Positions 41,876 through 61,734 of a DNA stretch of 64,000 nucleotides are shown here, piece by piece. Source of the stretch: Chrysomallon squamiferum (Eukaryota; Animalia; Mollusca). The stretch spans positions 7,316,001 through 7,380,000 of the forward strand of contig CM022673.1 in the NCBI GenBank assembly GCA_012295275.1. The letters run 5' to 3'. A program made the translations under genes and the position numbers. How positions within the stretch are numbered: the first letter of the stretch is position 1; each line of letters starts with the position of its first letter. The notes beneath the pieces were generated by a model. That model was not told where the DNA came from, did not search any database, and saw nothing but the letters and a program-made list of their open reading frames with translations.

Positions 41876-42452
41876 CGTCAGAGTTGAGCTTAATGTATAA
41901 TACAATTTTCCAATGCGTGGTGTATTTTTTTATACTACTTCGAGAAATCAGCGGTTTGGACGTTTGCACTGTCTGACAGGTCTGATCAACAAATAGCCAT
42001 TGCCATAAAAGGTCATAAGTTTTGCACTGAACAACTGATGAAGGAAAAAAACATAATAACGAAAAAAAATATAAAATAATATAAAATATACAAATTACAA
42101 AAATTTTTCATTTCAGGATTTATTTTTTAAATCTAACGTAAGGTATAAACCAATTTTTTATTGTTGGCCCAAGTAATAATAGCATTAGATGAATCACTGC
42201 AATAGAGGTAACAAAGACAACACTACGGAATTGGTTCAGTGACTGCCCCTGGTGATAAAAAAATAATAATAAAAAGGAAATAAATTACATTTTTATCCGG
42301 AAAATATAGCTGTTAATGCAAGCATGGTAGATTTCATTATGTACAGAACAAACGTGAATGAAATGTTGTTTTTCCGTTTTGGTTTTTTTTATCAGTCAGC
42401 CATTTATCTACCTCCGTTTCGTCGTCTGATACACACATCATAGAAGCATTAC

Positions 42453-42483
<31 letters not shown>

Positions 42484-43393
42484 CATACATACATACATAC
42501 ATACATACATACATACATACATACGCACACACAAACGAATAATAATAATATTACTCCCGATCTAGTTTTTGTGGTTAAGACCTGAAGAGACATTGCAGAG
42601 TTATGTCCCTTGACTTAACTACGTCATCGCTTCTTTATTTTTGTCACGTGGTCAAACACGTTGCTATCAGTGGACCGTTAACTAGTACAAACATCCATTA
42701 ATGTGGTCCAGATATAAACTTTACTAAAGCCATTAAAATAAAACCTCAATATGATAATGCACCCTCTTTTACCCGAGACATCCAGCGGTCCTCTGGAAAA
42801 GCCTCGCGATCCTCAACTAGGTCGCGACCACAGGTTTATGAGTATTGATTCAAAGTGTATATTTTATTTCAAACTTCGAACAAGTAATCTAGATCAGGTG
42901 CAGGCAACCTTTTCCTGAAAAAGAGGGCCACTTAAGACATGACTCACCATCAGACGGACTGCACTATTTAAAAAATTTAAAAATTTTTTAAAAATTTTTA
43001 AAAAAATGAACGTTATTTTACTTGTGAAATTAGGCAAGTGATACAGGAAGGCCCACGGGCAACAGTAGGCATTTTAAAGTTAACTAAGTAATAATGGGAA
43101 TATTACAAAATAAGATCTTTTCACTTAGTCTTTCGTCTAAAATATGCACAGAACGATTTAGACTAGTAAACATGTTTATATCAACTTAACTAGACTCTTT
43201 TTGAATTGAGGCAAAAAACACTTAATCGCCGAGCGGAGCGTGGCAAACAGATTTGTGGGAGGGGTCTGGGGGGCCGACTTCAAAGAGGAACCATACACAT
43301 AAACACTTTCATTCAGTAGATATCGATTTTATCGGAATAGATATTTATATTTTATATTTTTTAAATAAAATCTTTGTATTTAAAAAAAGAAAC

Positions 43394-43424
<31 letters not shown>

Positions 43425-43705
43425 GGAACCATACACTAAATTCATTATATGTACCTTTTACTATTTAGCATTGATAACAAAAATACTTAATAAGCAGCTT
43501 CAAATGAGGCCTTAATTTCCAATCTGACCTGACGCTAAAACTACACACAAATACACACACACAGCGCGCGCGCGCGCGCGCGCATACACACACGCACACA
43601 TGTAAGTTTAAAAGTTGAATATCATATACATTCATACATACATAAAAATACAACTACACATACAAGCAGTAAAACACAACTCTCTCTCTCTCTCTCTCTC
43701 TCTCT

Positions 43706-43752
<47 letters not shown>

Positions 43753-44160
43753 CATTTGTATTACATGACCTTCCAGTTACAATATCACTCTAGATACCCG
43801 GATGTTTTGATGACTTTGCTTCGTTTTACAATGAGTGTTAGTTTGTCGGAAGCATCCGTCAACATCCGGAAATACACGAAAGGGGCCGTCTCAAACCTCA
43901 AATGCTTTGCTCCTTCGATCATCTTTTTCTTATTTCTTCTTCTAATTCTTCTTTTTCTCTTTTGACGTCATTGTCGTCTTCTTTGTCTGCTTCTGATTAT
44001 TATTACTGTCGTCATTATTTTCTTCGACGTCATTTATAGTTATTATTGTTATTCTTATTTTTGTCCTTGTTAAAATTATTAGTTTTAACAATTATTTATT
44101 TCCCCTATTTTTGTGTTGTTGTTCTTGTTGCTGTCGTCGTAGCTGTCATTATCGTTGTTT

Positions 44161-44206
<46 letters not shown>

Positions 44207-45024
44207 ATTATTATTATAATTTTATTCTAGATGGTATTATTCTAGGTGTATCGTTATTTTTGATATTATGTCATTATAATGATCATCATTGCAAAGCTGC
44301 TGGAATAAGTTGACAAAGGCAGAAATGTAACATTTTGAGCAATTACAACAATGATCTTTAGTCAAAACTTTTGAGACAGAACGCAATGATTCATCTATTC
44401 CGTTGTTTCTCTCAACAATCCAAGCATACTGTTACATGTCAAACAGATAGCAGTCACGTCAGTTTAACAGCTGAATATTATTTTATGGTCAGCTGTGAAA
44501 TTTATTTCTTTGCTGTTTGCAAGACTGTTATTCTGTAGCATTTTATTCTCTTGTTTTGACTAACGGCTCTTAAAATTTCTTCTGATTCGTGTTGATTTGC
44601 TGAATTGTTTTTTCTACAGGATGTGAGTTTGTATATCGGCTATAACTGGGAGTGCTTCAACACAACGAATTTGGAACATGCCTCTGCAATAACTGCAGAG
44701 TGTTTTTAACGCGATTTTAGTTATTGTTGTTTTTTTCATTCTTCCATAAATAAGGAATATCGTGATTTTTTTAATTTTAATTTATTATTATTATTATTTT
44801 ATTTTATTTTTTTTTTATTTATTTATTTATTTTTTTTTTTTTTTGCTAGTTTGTTGTTCTGCAGACAAAGGGATATCATCAATTTTACTTTCGTAAATTA
44901 ATTTCTTTTTATACAAAGCAGATTACTTACCATATTTTGTTGTGTTTTTTTTTTTTTTTTTTTCTTCCTTTCTTTCTTTCGTTTGGGCCGAATTACGATC
45001 TTCGTTATTACAACCACCTCCATA

Positions 45025-45312
45025 ATGTGGATCAATCCTCTGGGTATTGCTGCATTTCTGACGACACTTGTGGCCACAGCCCTTATTGTTCTTGCTTTCG
45101 TTCTTCCGCAATGGTGGATCATCATCTCTCGCAGTGGTCGCACTGCTAGCTACGGTCTGTGGACGTATCTCTACTGCTACGAGGATGGTTGTCTGATGGA
45201 CACGACCAATCAGATCGAAGGCGGCAGAGGTAAGCTAAACCGTAACATTATTATTATTATTATTACTCGCGACTACATACCCTAGCCACATTAAGGAAGA
45301 CCCAGTCTACTA

Positions 45313-45371
<59 letters not shown>

Positions 45372-46091
45372 GTTGTTGTTATTGTTATTAATATTATTAT
45401 TATTATTGTTATTGTTGTTGTTGTTGTTGTTATTATAATTATTATTGTTATTGTTATTATTATTATTATTATTATTATTGTTGTTATCATCATCATCATC
45501 ATCATCAGTTTCAGTTTTATTATCATTATCATCATCATCGCGTATTATAATCTTATCAGTATTATCATCCTCATCCTATTTATCATCATCGTCGTCATCA
45601 TTAATTTTTTGCCGTTTTTGTTTTCTTTCCCACAGAATTATTTACGTTCACACGTTGTTAAAATAGTCCACTTTTAGATTTGTAACATGTAGTTTTAAAT
45701 CTGTACGTATTCAGAACATTCTAATATACAGGGTGTCCACAAAGTCTGCGTACATAAGGGATTAACACATACTTTTAAAATAAAATAGTTTTATTTAATT
45801 CTAATGTTAATAAATAATGTTTTCAATATGATTTCCATCACTTTCAATGCATAATTCTTTAGACAGAGCCATCATTCGATCTGGTAAGAAACATAACATA
45901 AATAAATAACATAGTAAAATTCCCCATGTACCCAGACTTTGTGGACATCATGTATATACATTTCTTCGTTTCCTTATCATCATCATCATCATCATCATTA
46001 TTATTATTATTATATTATTATTATTATTATTATTATTACCATTAACATTACTATTATCATTACCATTGTTATTATTATTATTATTATTATT

Positions 46092-46123
<32 letters not shown>

Positions 46124-46931
46124 TATTATTATCATCATCATCATTATCATTATTATTATTATCATCATCATCATCATCATCATCATTATTATTATTATTA
46201 TCATCATCATCATCATCATTATTATTATTATCATCATCATCATTATCATTATTATTATTATCATCATCATCATCATCATCATCATTATTATCATTATTAT
46301 AACATTAATGCAGCGCTATAAAACTGCAGCGGTGAATTACATATCAAATCGTTTCAATGTTACTATTTTTTTCAGAATTTCTCTTCATTACTAAAGTTTT
46401 CCAAACACTTGCAGTTGGTCTGAGTATTGTTGGGTTCGTCCTTCACCTTGCGTATGTTCCTCTAAGAAAGGTAGTTGTCCGGTCACTGGCCATTTACTGC
46501 TTGGGTGCTGCAGGTGTGTTATTTGCAATTATTTCCATAGCAATAAAAAAAAAAAAAAAATGTGTTTAAAAAAATAATCTGTTAATAAACAGTAATACTA
46601 ATTATGATGAATACTAAGAATGTGTGTCTTCCTTCTCGTCACAACTGTAACTTTTGACATATACACGAGATTACTGTAATATTAATATGACGATCATATG
46701 GCTGTCTCACTGTCTGTCTATCTGTTGGTCAACTGTTTATCTGTCTGACTGTCTGTCTGTCTGTTTATCTCTGTGTTTTTGTAGGCTTTTCCTTTTTGTT
46801 ATTTGTATGTCTGTCTCTCTGTCTGTCTCTGTGTGTATGTATATACAGGTATACTCCTAAATGCATATATGTTTGTATGAATGTTTATATGTATGTATGT
46901 AAGTGTGTGTATGTATGTGTGTGTGTATGTC

Positions 46932-46973
<42 letters not shown>

Positions 46974-47226
46974 CACATGTGTATATATTCACGTATTCTT
47001 TCCCTTTCTTTCAGGACTGTTTGTTCTTCTGTCCGTCTTTATATTTATTGGTAAACACAAGTCGCTCGTTGAAGAGAATCGCGAATTCAAAATCGGGGCG
47101 TCGTGTTGGACGTCGCTGGTGGGTGGTGTCGTGTGTCTGGTGGCTGCAGTCCTCACAGCGGTCGCCTCTCTCCGGAAAGCGAAACGTCACGAAGACGAAG
47201 AAAGACTGAACACAACACGACTGTAA
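45025..47226 (+). CDS. Claudin/PMP22/EMP-family tetraspan membrane protein, paralog 2 (3 exons, 184 aa)
   Basis: Exons 45025-45229 (MWINPLGIAAFLTTLVATALIVLAFVLPQWW...SYGLWTYLYCYEDGC...), 46376-46513 (EFLFITKVFQTLAVGLSIVGFVLHLAYV...IYCLGAA) and 47015-47226 (GLFVLLSVFIF...IGASCWTSLVGGVVCLVAAVLTAV...TTRL*). GT-AG phase-1 introns; W-GLW-C-C signature; four TM segments. Confidence 0.92.
45729..45952. mobile_element. Tc1/mariner-type MITE (224 bp) in intron 1 of paralog 2
   Basis: TIRs CAGGGTGTCCACAAAGTCTGCGTACAT and ATGTACCCAGACTTTGTGGACATCATG (27 bp, 3 mismatches), flanked by TA on both sides. Confidence 0.85.
45975..46300. repeat. Compound (ATT)n/(ATC)n trinucleotide microsatellite
   Basis: Directly visible; intronic; source of poly-I/M/S ORF artefacts. 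Confidence 0.95.
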
Positions 47227-47628
47227 AACCAGACATATGTATCACACAAGCATCAAATCTGTTTGCTTGGGTTTTTTCTTCTTTTTTTTTGTCTCTCATC
47301 TATCGCAGAGGATATTTTCAGTAGAATTTATTTTCTGCTTCCACCTGAACGATAAGCAATTTGATTTAATGTCTGCTACAAAATAAATATTACTGTCGCT
47401 GAATATTAACTATTTATATCAGTTGGCTAGGGGTTTTTTGTTGTTTTTGTCTTTTTTCTTCTTCTTCTTTCTTCTTTCTTCTTCTTTAAAAAAAAAAATA
47501 TAAAATTATTATCCAGAATGATGATTTATCATTATAAACCACGATTGAGTGTAGTATATAACAATAAAAAATATTTGTTCTCTTTCCCTTTTGTGTTTGT
47601 TGTCGTTGTTGTTGTTGTTATTGTTATA

Positions 47629-47688
<60 letters not shown>

Positions 47689-47943
47689 TTATATGATTTG
47701 TTTTGTTTTTTTTAAATATGAACTTCAGAATCGTACAGTTTAAGTCAGAATGATATTATTCCCAGATTTACTATTGAAAGTTCTAATAATAATTCACCTC
47801 ATATGTCGATTACTAAAATACAGATTAAAGTTTTGGTTTGAGGTATAGGGTCCCTGCTTCAGTGAATGTAAGAAAAAGGAAGGCAATGATTTTAAATTAA
47901 ATCATATTTTAAAATAATTTACGACTGGTCCTTCTTTTTTTTG

Positions 47944-47985
<42 letters not shown>

Positions 47986-49101
47986 ATTTAGTTAGTTTGT
48001 TTTTATCCATTTATTCACTTATATACTTACTTACTTACTTATTTACTTACTTACTTGCTTACTTATAGTAATTCTAATGACGATTTATTACTGATAAAAT
48101 GCAAGAAACGTAAAATAAATCAATAGCTCATAAACTGAAATAAAATAAATAATTAAATGCGAAAATTGAAACAAATAAATGAAAAGTATAACAAAAATGA
48201 TAAATCAATGAACAAAACAAACAAACAAAACAAAATAAAACAAAACAAAACAAAACACAAAAATCCGGAAAAAAACCCATGATAAACAAAAGAAAAGAAA
48301 AGAAACGAAAACAGAAATTAAAGAAAAGAAATTAATTATTTTATCTGTCTATTTTATTTGTTTTGGGCTTTTGTGGGGTATGTTGTTTTTCTCTGTGTGT
48401 GTGTGTGTGTGTGTGTATGTGTGTTTTTATTCATCTATCTATCTGTCTTTCTATTTATCTGTCTGTCTATATCTATAAATGTATTTATCAGTTTAATTAT
48501 TTATTTCTTGTTGTTTTTCTTTGTTTGTTATTTTATTTTATTTTATTTTATTTTACCTTTCTATCTTTTATCACTGTACGTGTGCACCTACATATATTTT
48601 AAAGTACTAAATTTAGTCACCGTTAACTGTATCATACAAAAGACAGTTACTGGCAGACAACTGATGAAAATAGAAGGCAAACTTTTATTTGATTAAATAC
48701 AAAAGTGTGAAATCAGAGTGTTCAGCTTTTCAATGATACAAAAAATCCTCCTCAAAGCGTTACCAGTTTATTAATAGGTTGAGTTCAAGGCCGTTATTAA
48801 CAATATCGGGAACATAGTCTTTCGTGAATGTCAGGCCCCATCCGGGATTTCAGTCCATCACCCAAGTAAAGTCTAAGTAAATAAATAAATAAGTAAATAA
48901 ATAACCAGACTAATGAACCCTACGGCCCTGGTTTATATTCAATGTAGGTGGGGGTTTCTATACGACCTATTTGTGTAATAGGGGAATCCCCGAGACTCGT
49001 GTGCAGGATTATGTTACGTCACCTGTTTTAGAAGCTCCGTTTTCTATTGGCTGATAAAAATGAAACTACAAATCCATTTAAAGGAAGTAAATATGAGAGA
49101 A

Positions 49102-49134
<33 letters not shown>

Positions 49135-49163
49135 TTTTTTTCATACAAATATTTATCGATCAG

Positions 49164-49197
<34 letters not shown>

Positions 49198-49258
49198 TTT
49201 TTTTATTTTTTTTTATTTATTTAATTTATCAGTTTCTGAAGTAGTAATTGTTGTGGAT

Positions 49259-49295
<37 letters not shown>

Positions 49296-49959
49296 AGTTG
49301 TAGTAAAAAATTCGATCGTGTTCAATTAACTGAATTTGTGACTGGTTGTGTGTCCATGAAAGAGAGAGAAACTGATACAGGAGACAAGAACACACAGAAA
49401 ACAGAGTGAGATTAAGACAGATACTAAGTTGTATACGTGTGTATGTTTCTGTGTATGTATGTGTGTGCATATGTGTGTGTGCGTGTGTGCATGTATATGT
49501 GTATATGTACCTATGTATGTATGTATGTTGGTAAGAATGTATGTTTCTATGTCTATATGCATGTATGTATATATTTATGTATGTATGTATGTATATGTAT
49601 CTATCTATGTATGTATGTATAAGCGTGTTTGTGTGTTTATGTATTTTATGTATTTTTGTATGTATAGGTGTGTAAGTATATATATATATTTTTTTACTTA
49701 TGCACATAATTATATTCCATCTTTGAAACATAAAAATCAAAAGTGTCGAAATAACGTTTATTCATAATTATTACATAATGAAACATTTCCTGCAGTAACA
49801 ACAAACTTTTATCATATTTTACTTGTATAACAGTTAAAAAACCACCCAGCATTAATTAAAGATTAGCGATAAAAAAAACAAAAAAAAAAACGACTATTTA
49901 TAACAATATAAATATAAAGTATTATTTTCCACACATGGAACGCGGAGGTTATTTCAAAG

Positions 49960-50100
49960 CTTCTCATTGGTCAGTGTATGCACGCGCCAGAACAATAATA
50001 AAGAAACCCGGAAGGGAAAACCCAAGTTTTCTGTAGTGTGTCTTCAAAGCAAGGTCGTTCCTGTACATACGTGTTGCGTAACGAAGGTTTTTATTGGCTG
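49960..50100 (+). promoter_or_regulatory. Putative promoter of the ETS gene (two inverted CCAAT boxes, one ETS site)
   Basis: ATTGG at ~49966 and ~50093; CCGGAAG at ~50007; 270-400 bp upstream of the predicted ATG. Confidence 0.35.
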
Positions 50101-50363
50101 TTTTTCTCTTAGTAATTAATTTTCACTATTCGTAATGTAGGAAGAACTGTTTGTGGAAAAAGTGTAAGAAAAGTGGTTCCAAAATGGCATAATTTGTTTT
50201 TCCCCTGAAAGTTAAATTTACTACAGTTTTGTACAAAATCTGTGATTTTTGGAAAATTATTTACGGAATGTACCGTCGAAAGAGAAAATATATAAACGGA
50301 CGAATCTGACAAAGCTATTCATTTCTCTAAGTTTATTTCGTGACGATTTATTTCGCCTTGTTA

Positions 50364-56812
<6,449 letters not shown>

Positions 56813-57004
56813 GTGTCCTTGCCTCTTTTTCAGTCGACGTCATAAAGTCATCACTTGCCATCATCAACATGAAAAATTTAAAAATTTTGGATTGTTCTGG
56901 GGAAAAAAAATGGCTTTGGTGGGAATCTTGTGTTCTTTCTAATTCTTCTTTTTTTTTTTTTTTTTTTTTTTCTTTTTTTTTTTAAATTTTAAATTTTATT
57001 TTCT

Positions 57005-57230
57005 GTTTTGTTATTTATTTTATTTTATTTTATTTTATTTTATTTTATATTATTTCATTTCATTTTATTTTATTTTATTTTATTTTATTTTATTTCATTT
57101 CATTTTATTTTATTTTATTTTATTTTATTTCATTTTATTTTATATTATTTTATAATGATTTTATTTTTATTTTATTTTATTCTGATTTTATTTTTATTTT
57201 TATTTTATTTTTATTTTTATTATTTTTATA
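57005..57230. repeat. (TTTTA)n/(TTTCA)n low-complexity tract
   Basis: Directly visible. Confidence 0.9.
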
Positions 57231-57544
57231 TTTACATATAAACTGATGAAAAAAAAAAAAGAAGCGAAGACGTATATCACTTTCTGACATTATACTACAT
57301 TATTTATTATTTAACCATTCCAGTCAGCAAGAACAGTCATGAACATCGACATTAATACATCTGCCTTATTTGAATAATGCATCGATCAGAATTTTATGCT
57401 TTAATGGTGTATTCCTTCTAGTCTCAGCATCGTTGATTTTGGTTGATAGTATCCGTAATATCTTTAATCGTATCATTAAACAACAGCATGTAGATCCTAT
57501 GTATCACGAAGTGTACCTCATAAAATGTGTACAGTGTAGTCTCT

Positions 57545-57732
57545 GTGAGACAAGCTATAGCAGAATTCTGTAAATTTGCACACACACAAAAGACTGATGT
57601 TTTACATTCAACCAAAGATGCTTGGACAAGCTATAGCTTAGATCTTCAGATCTGCATTCAACCAGAGATGAGGGTACACGCTATAGATTAGTTCTGTACA
57701 TTTACATATATACAAATAATGTTACACACACA

Positions 57733-57777
<45 letters not shown>

Positions 57778-57900
57778 CAACACACACACACACATACAGC
57801 CAAATATATATAGGGGCACGCTATAAATCATCACTGTAGATTTACATGCAAGAAATCAAAAAAAAAATGTGTTAGATTAATTATGTAGATTTATACGCAC
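57545..57900. repeat. Degenerate minisatellite built on (GACAA/CAC)GCTATA...TGTA.ATTT.CA
   Basis: GCTATA-anchored units at ~57554, ~57630, ~57680 and ~57820. Confidence 0.55.
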
Positions 57901-58067
57901 CAATACATACAACAGATACATTTCACAGATGTTTTAATACAAACAAATACTGTATAGATATTTTATTTATTTATTTATTTTTGTTTGTTTGTTTGTTTGT
58001 TTATTTGTTTGTTTGTTTGATTGTATGTTTGCTTCTTTATTATAATTATATTAGTTATTAACATTAC

Positions 58068-58142
<75 letters not shown>

Positions 58143-59065
58143 TACTACTACCACCACTACTACTACTATTTATTTTATTTATTTTTTTATTTTTTTTTTT
58201 TTTTATTTTTTTATATGCAATATACATATATATATACACAGGAATGTTACCAGCCTAACACAAACACACATAGAATTGCACATACACTAAAACATGCTTC
58301 CAAGGAATACACATTCTTTTAAATTAGTTTCCCTGATTTATGCACAATCACTCAGAAAACTTTCAAACGTGTAAAAACAGTCTATTTTTATTATCAACAA
58401 CGTTTTAATTTATGTCATTTGCAATGCTTTGATTTTGTTTTTTTTGTTGAAGATTATATCGAGGTTTATGTCTGCTGTATATATTAAGTGTGTTATTATT
58501 TTGTTTATGCTTAGCTACTGATGAAACTAAAAATATCGTTATATTACAGTATTGTATATTTTGTATTTGAAATAGTGTTTTTTAATTTTATTTTTAGAAT
58601 ACACATAAACACACACACACACACACTCTAACACAAGCAGATGAACACACTAACACACTAACACACACACACACACACACACGTACACATACACACATAC
58701 AATCTAATCCAAACAACATCAAATCACAAAATTTATTAAAACCGAATTTAAAAATCTAATGAAAATCTAATAAAAAAATCTAATGTGAAACTGAATTTTA
58801 TATATTTTTATTGGCCATTTTGTTTTTACATAAATTACGTATTAAATTCAAGGAAGATAACTCTGTAATTGCCGTATTGCTTGGTTCTGATGAATGACGT
58901 CCCATTACATATCTTTACCGATCTCCGTTACCTAGTCGTATTAAAAATACTGTTGTTACTACTACTACTACTATTACTAATGCTGCTGCTGCTACTACTA
59001 CTACTAGTACTAGTAGTAGTAATAATAATAATATTAATAATAATAATTGTTATTGTTATTATTAC

Positions 59066-59126
<61 letters not shown>

Positions 59127-59671
59127 TTAATTATCATTATTATCGTTGTTCTTGTTGTTGTTGTTATTATTATTACTTTAAAGACTACAAAATAAAATCT
59201 CTCAGCTTTCACTTGTTCAGTTTTCGTGTTCTACATGTATTTAGTTAAATATCTGTTACAAAATCGCTTTATTTTCCATGCACTTACTGTGCTTACCGTT
59301 AAAGACTGGAGTAGCCAGCCATTTCATACAGCCTGAAACATGATAAACATGTTTATGGTATTTAATTTTAATATTACCTTCGTGAAAAAGAAAAAAAAAG
59401 AAGAGAGTTACGTACAGAGAAAGACGTGAGCGCATATAACGTGTGTGCTTGAAATAACAATTACAACAGTGTTAGTATTCTGCAGGGACATTAGTTCGAG
59501 AATAGAAGAAACAAGCAAATAACAACAACAATAACAACAACAACAATAATAATAATAATAATAAGCAGTAATGATGATGATGATGATAATAATAATAATA
59601 GTAGTAGTAATAATAATAAGAAGAAGAAGTTGAATAATCAACAACTAATAGCATTACCAATAAAAACAACA

Positions 59672-59736
<65 letters not shown>

Positions 59737-61703
59737 CATTATCATTACTATTACGACAACAATTACTACTACCACTACTACTACTACTATTATTACTACT
59801 ACTACTACTACTACAACTACTACTATTAAAATTAAAACTGTAATAAAGAAAATTATAAAGTCCCTAGAGCCCAAATCTAATTTATGCTACATCGAAATCT
59901 GAAAAACTGCAGCAACAAATCTTGCTTTTTCCTTTGCGAAAATCATCATTAAATATTGTAAAATATCTACTACTTAGTTAAAGTAATTTATTTAATATAG
60001 CTTATTTATCTCAGAGTATTCTTTTAATCTTGCAAATATTAAAAACTACTAGAACGCAAGTAATTACCACAGAATGAACATGTAAAGTATTCCGATTTTA
60101 GTATAAAATCAAAATCAGCTGAATATTCAATTTATAGAGAGCGCTTCATTAGTGATTGCGTATTCTCAATTATGACGTCATAATGCCGTGACGTTTAAAC
60201 GGGAATGTGACGATCCAAGCTGATCGGACATTTATTTGTGTGGATTAAAAGTCTGACGTATTTATGGAACAGATCGACAGCTACTTGTGCGTTTTCAATA
60301 GTTTCTATAGTTTATATAAATAAATAATATTATTTATTTATTTATTTATTTATTTGTTTATTATTTTATTCTTCTTCTTCTTCTTCTTCTTACTATTATT
60401 ACTATTATTATTATCATTGTTACTATTATTATTTTTTGTTATTATTATTATTATTGTTGTTGTTGTTATTGTTGTTGTTGTTGTTATTATTATTATTATT
60501 ATTATTATTTTACGTTTAGTTATTCTTGCTGCTATTGCTGATAATGTAATTTTATTGTTTTTTTATTGTGGTTGTTGTTGCTGGGCTTCTTCTTCATGTC
60601 TTCGCTGTCGTTGTTTTTAACGAATTATGCTAGTGCACTAAAACTGTACAAATTAGACTATAATAACAATAATAATCATAATAATAATAATAATAATAAT
60701 AATAAATGCTGATTCATTGTAAATAATTATAGTTTATATTACTGCCAGCTTGCACTTTTGATTCTGTCTGTATATCTGTATGTCTGTCCCTACATCTGTA
60801 TGTTTGTGCGGTCCATTAATTACTGAATCACGTCACTAACGCTGTGCAGTATTACTACTACTACTACTACTACTATTACTATTATTACTGTCACTTCCAC
60901 TACAGCAATAGCAATAGCAATAATTAGTATAAACCATCTTTTTTGTTTCATTTTTTCTTTTTTTTTTTTCAAGACTTGCTATTTAAAAATATATTGACAT
61001 ATCATGTGTTATCATTATGTTTCCGTGCTCCACTCGATAAATTAAACATTACTTTTTAACACGTTTTATCGACACTCTTGTTTACTTTAAATACTAAATT
61101 AAAAAAACGAGTATCCAAGTTTATCCGGAACGTAAATAGGATGCGAAATAAGTCACCGTATCCGGAAAACGCGCTCTTTAAAAAAAAAAAATCGCTGCTG
61201 GCGACATCATCGGGCGAGAACGTGCTAATAACCAGGGATCGATAATAACGCCCCGATATTCTAAGAAACCGAGTGAAATAAATCAAATGTCAATGACTTT
61301 CATAATGATAAAATAATGTTAGTTTCGAAGCGCCAGGGTTCCGAGTAATTCAGATGAAACAGAGCGTTTTGAACGCGAAACTGATTCGTCATTTTTTCAT
61401 TTTTTTTGTTTTTATTTTTATATTTTGTTTTTTATTTTTATTTTTTTATATTTATTATTTTTTTTTTTTTTTAAAAGAGAAACTTTTCAAATTATTTTCA
61501 TCATTAATATGAGAAGAGGGTATCGCCTTCTGTTTGTAGGACACACTTTATTTGTCCACGCAGGTGGTCTTGAAACGAATCTTGTGAGATTAATACATTT
61601 CATGTAAATATTAGAAGATCAAAAATAGTTTAGAACTGGTAGTTATTAACAAAATTCAGATTAAACTGCGTTACTGACATAACAGTAGTAATAATAATAA
61701 TAA

Positions 61704-61734
<31 letters not shown>

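Larger units (their letters stand above)
15830..43530 (-). repeat. Gene-containing tandem macrosatellite: six full ~3.9-4.3 kb units (A-F), two gene-less ~2 kb subunits and a truncated unit G
   Basis: Start-codon positions 17322, 21249, 25178, 32675, 37006, 41301/41304, 41875 give spacings of 3927, 3929, 7497, 4331 and ~4295. Module order is the same in each unit. Confidence 0.95.

Noticed and set aside
15830-43530. CRISPR array or rDNA/histone-type tandem cluster
   Set aside because: Eukaryotic context, kb-scale units, no repeat-spacer pattern, and no rRNA, snRNA or histone sequence recognisable in the unit.
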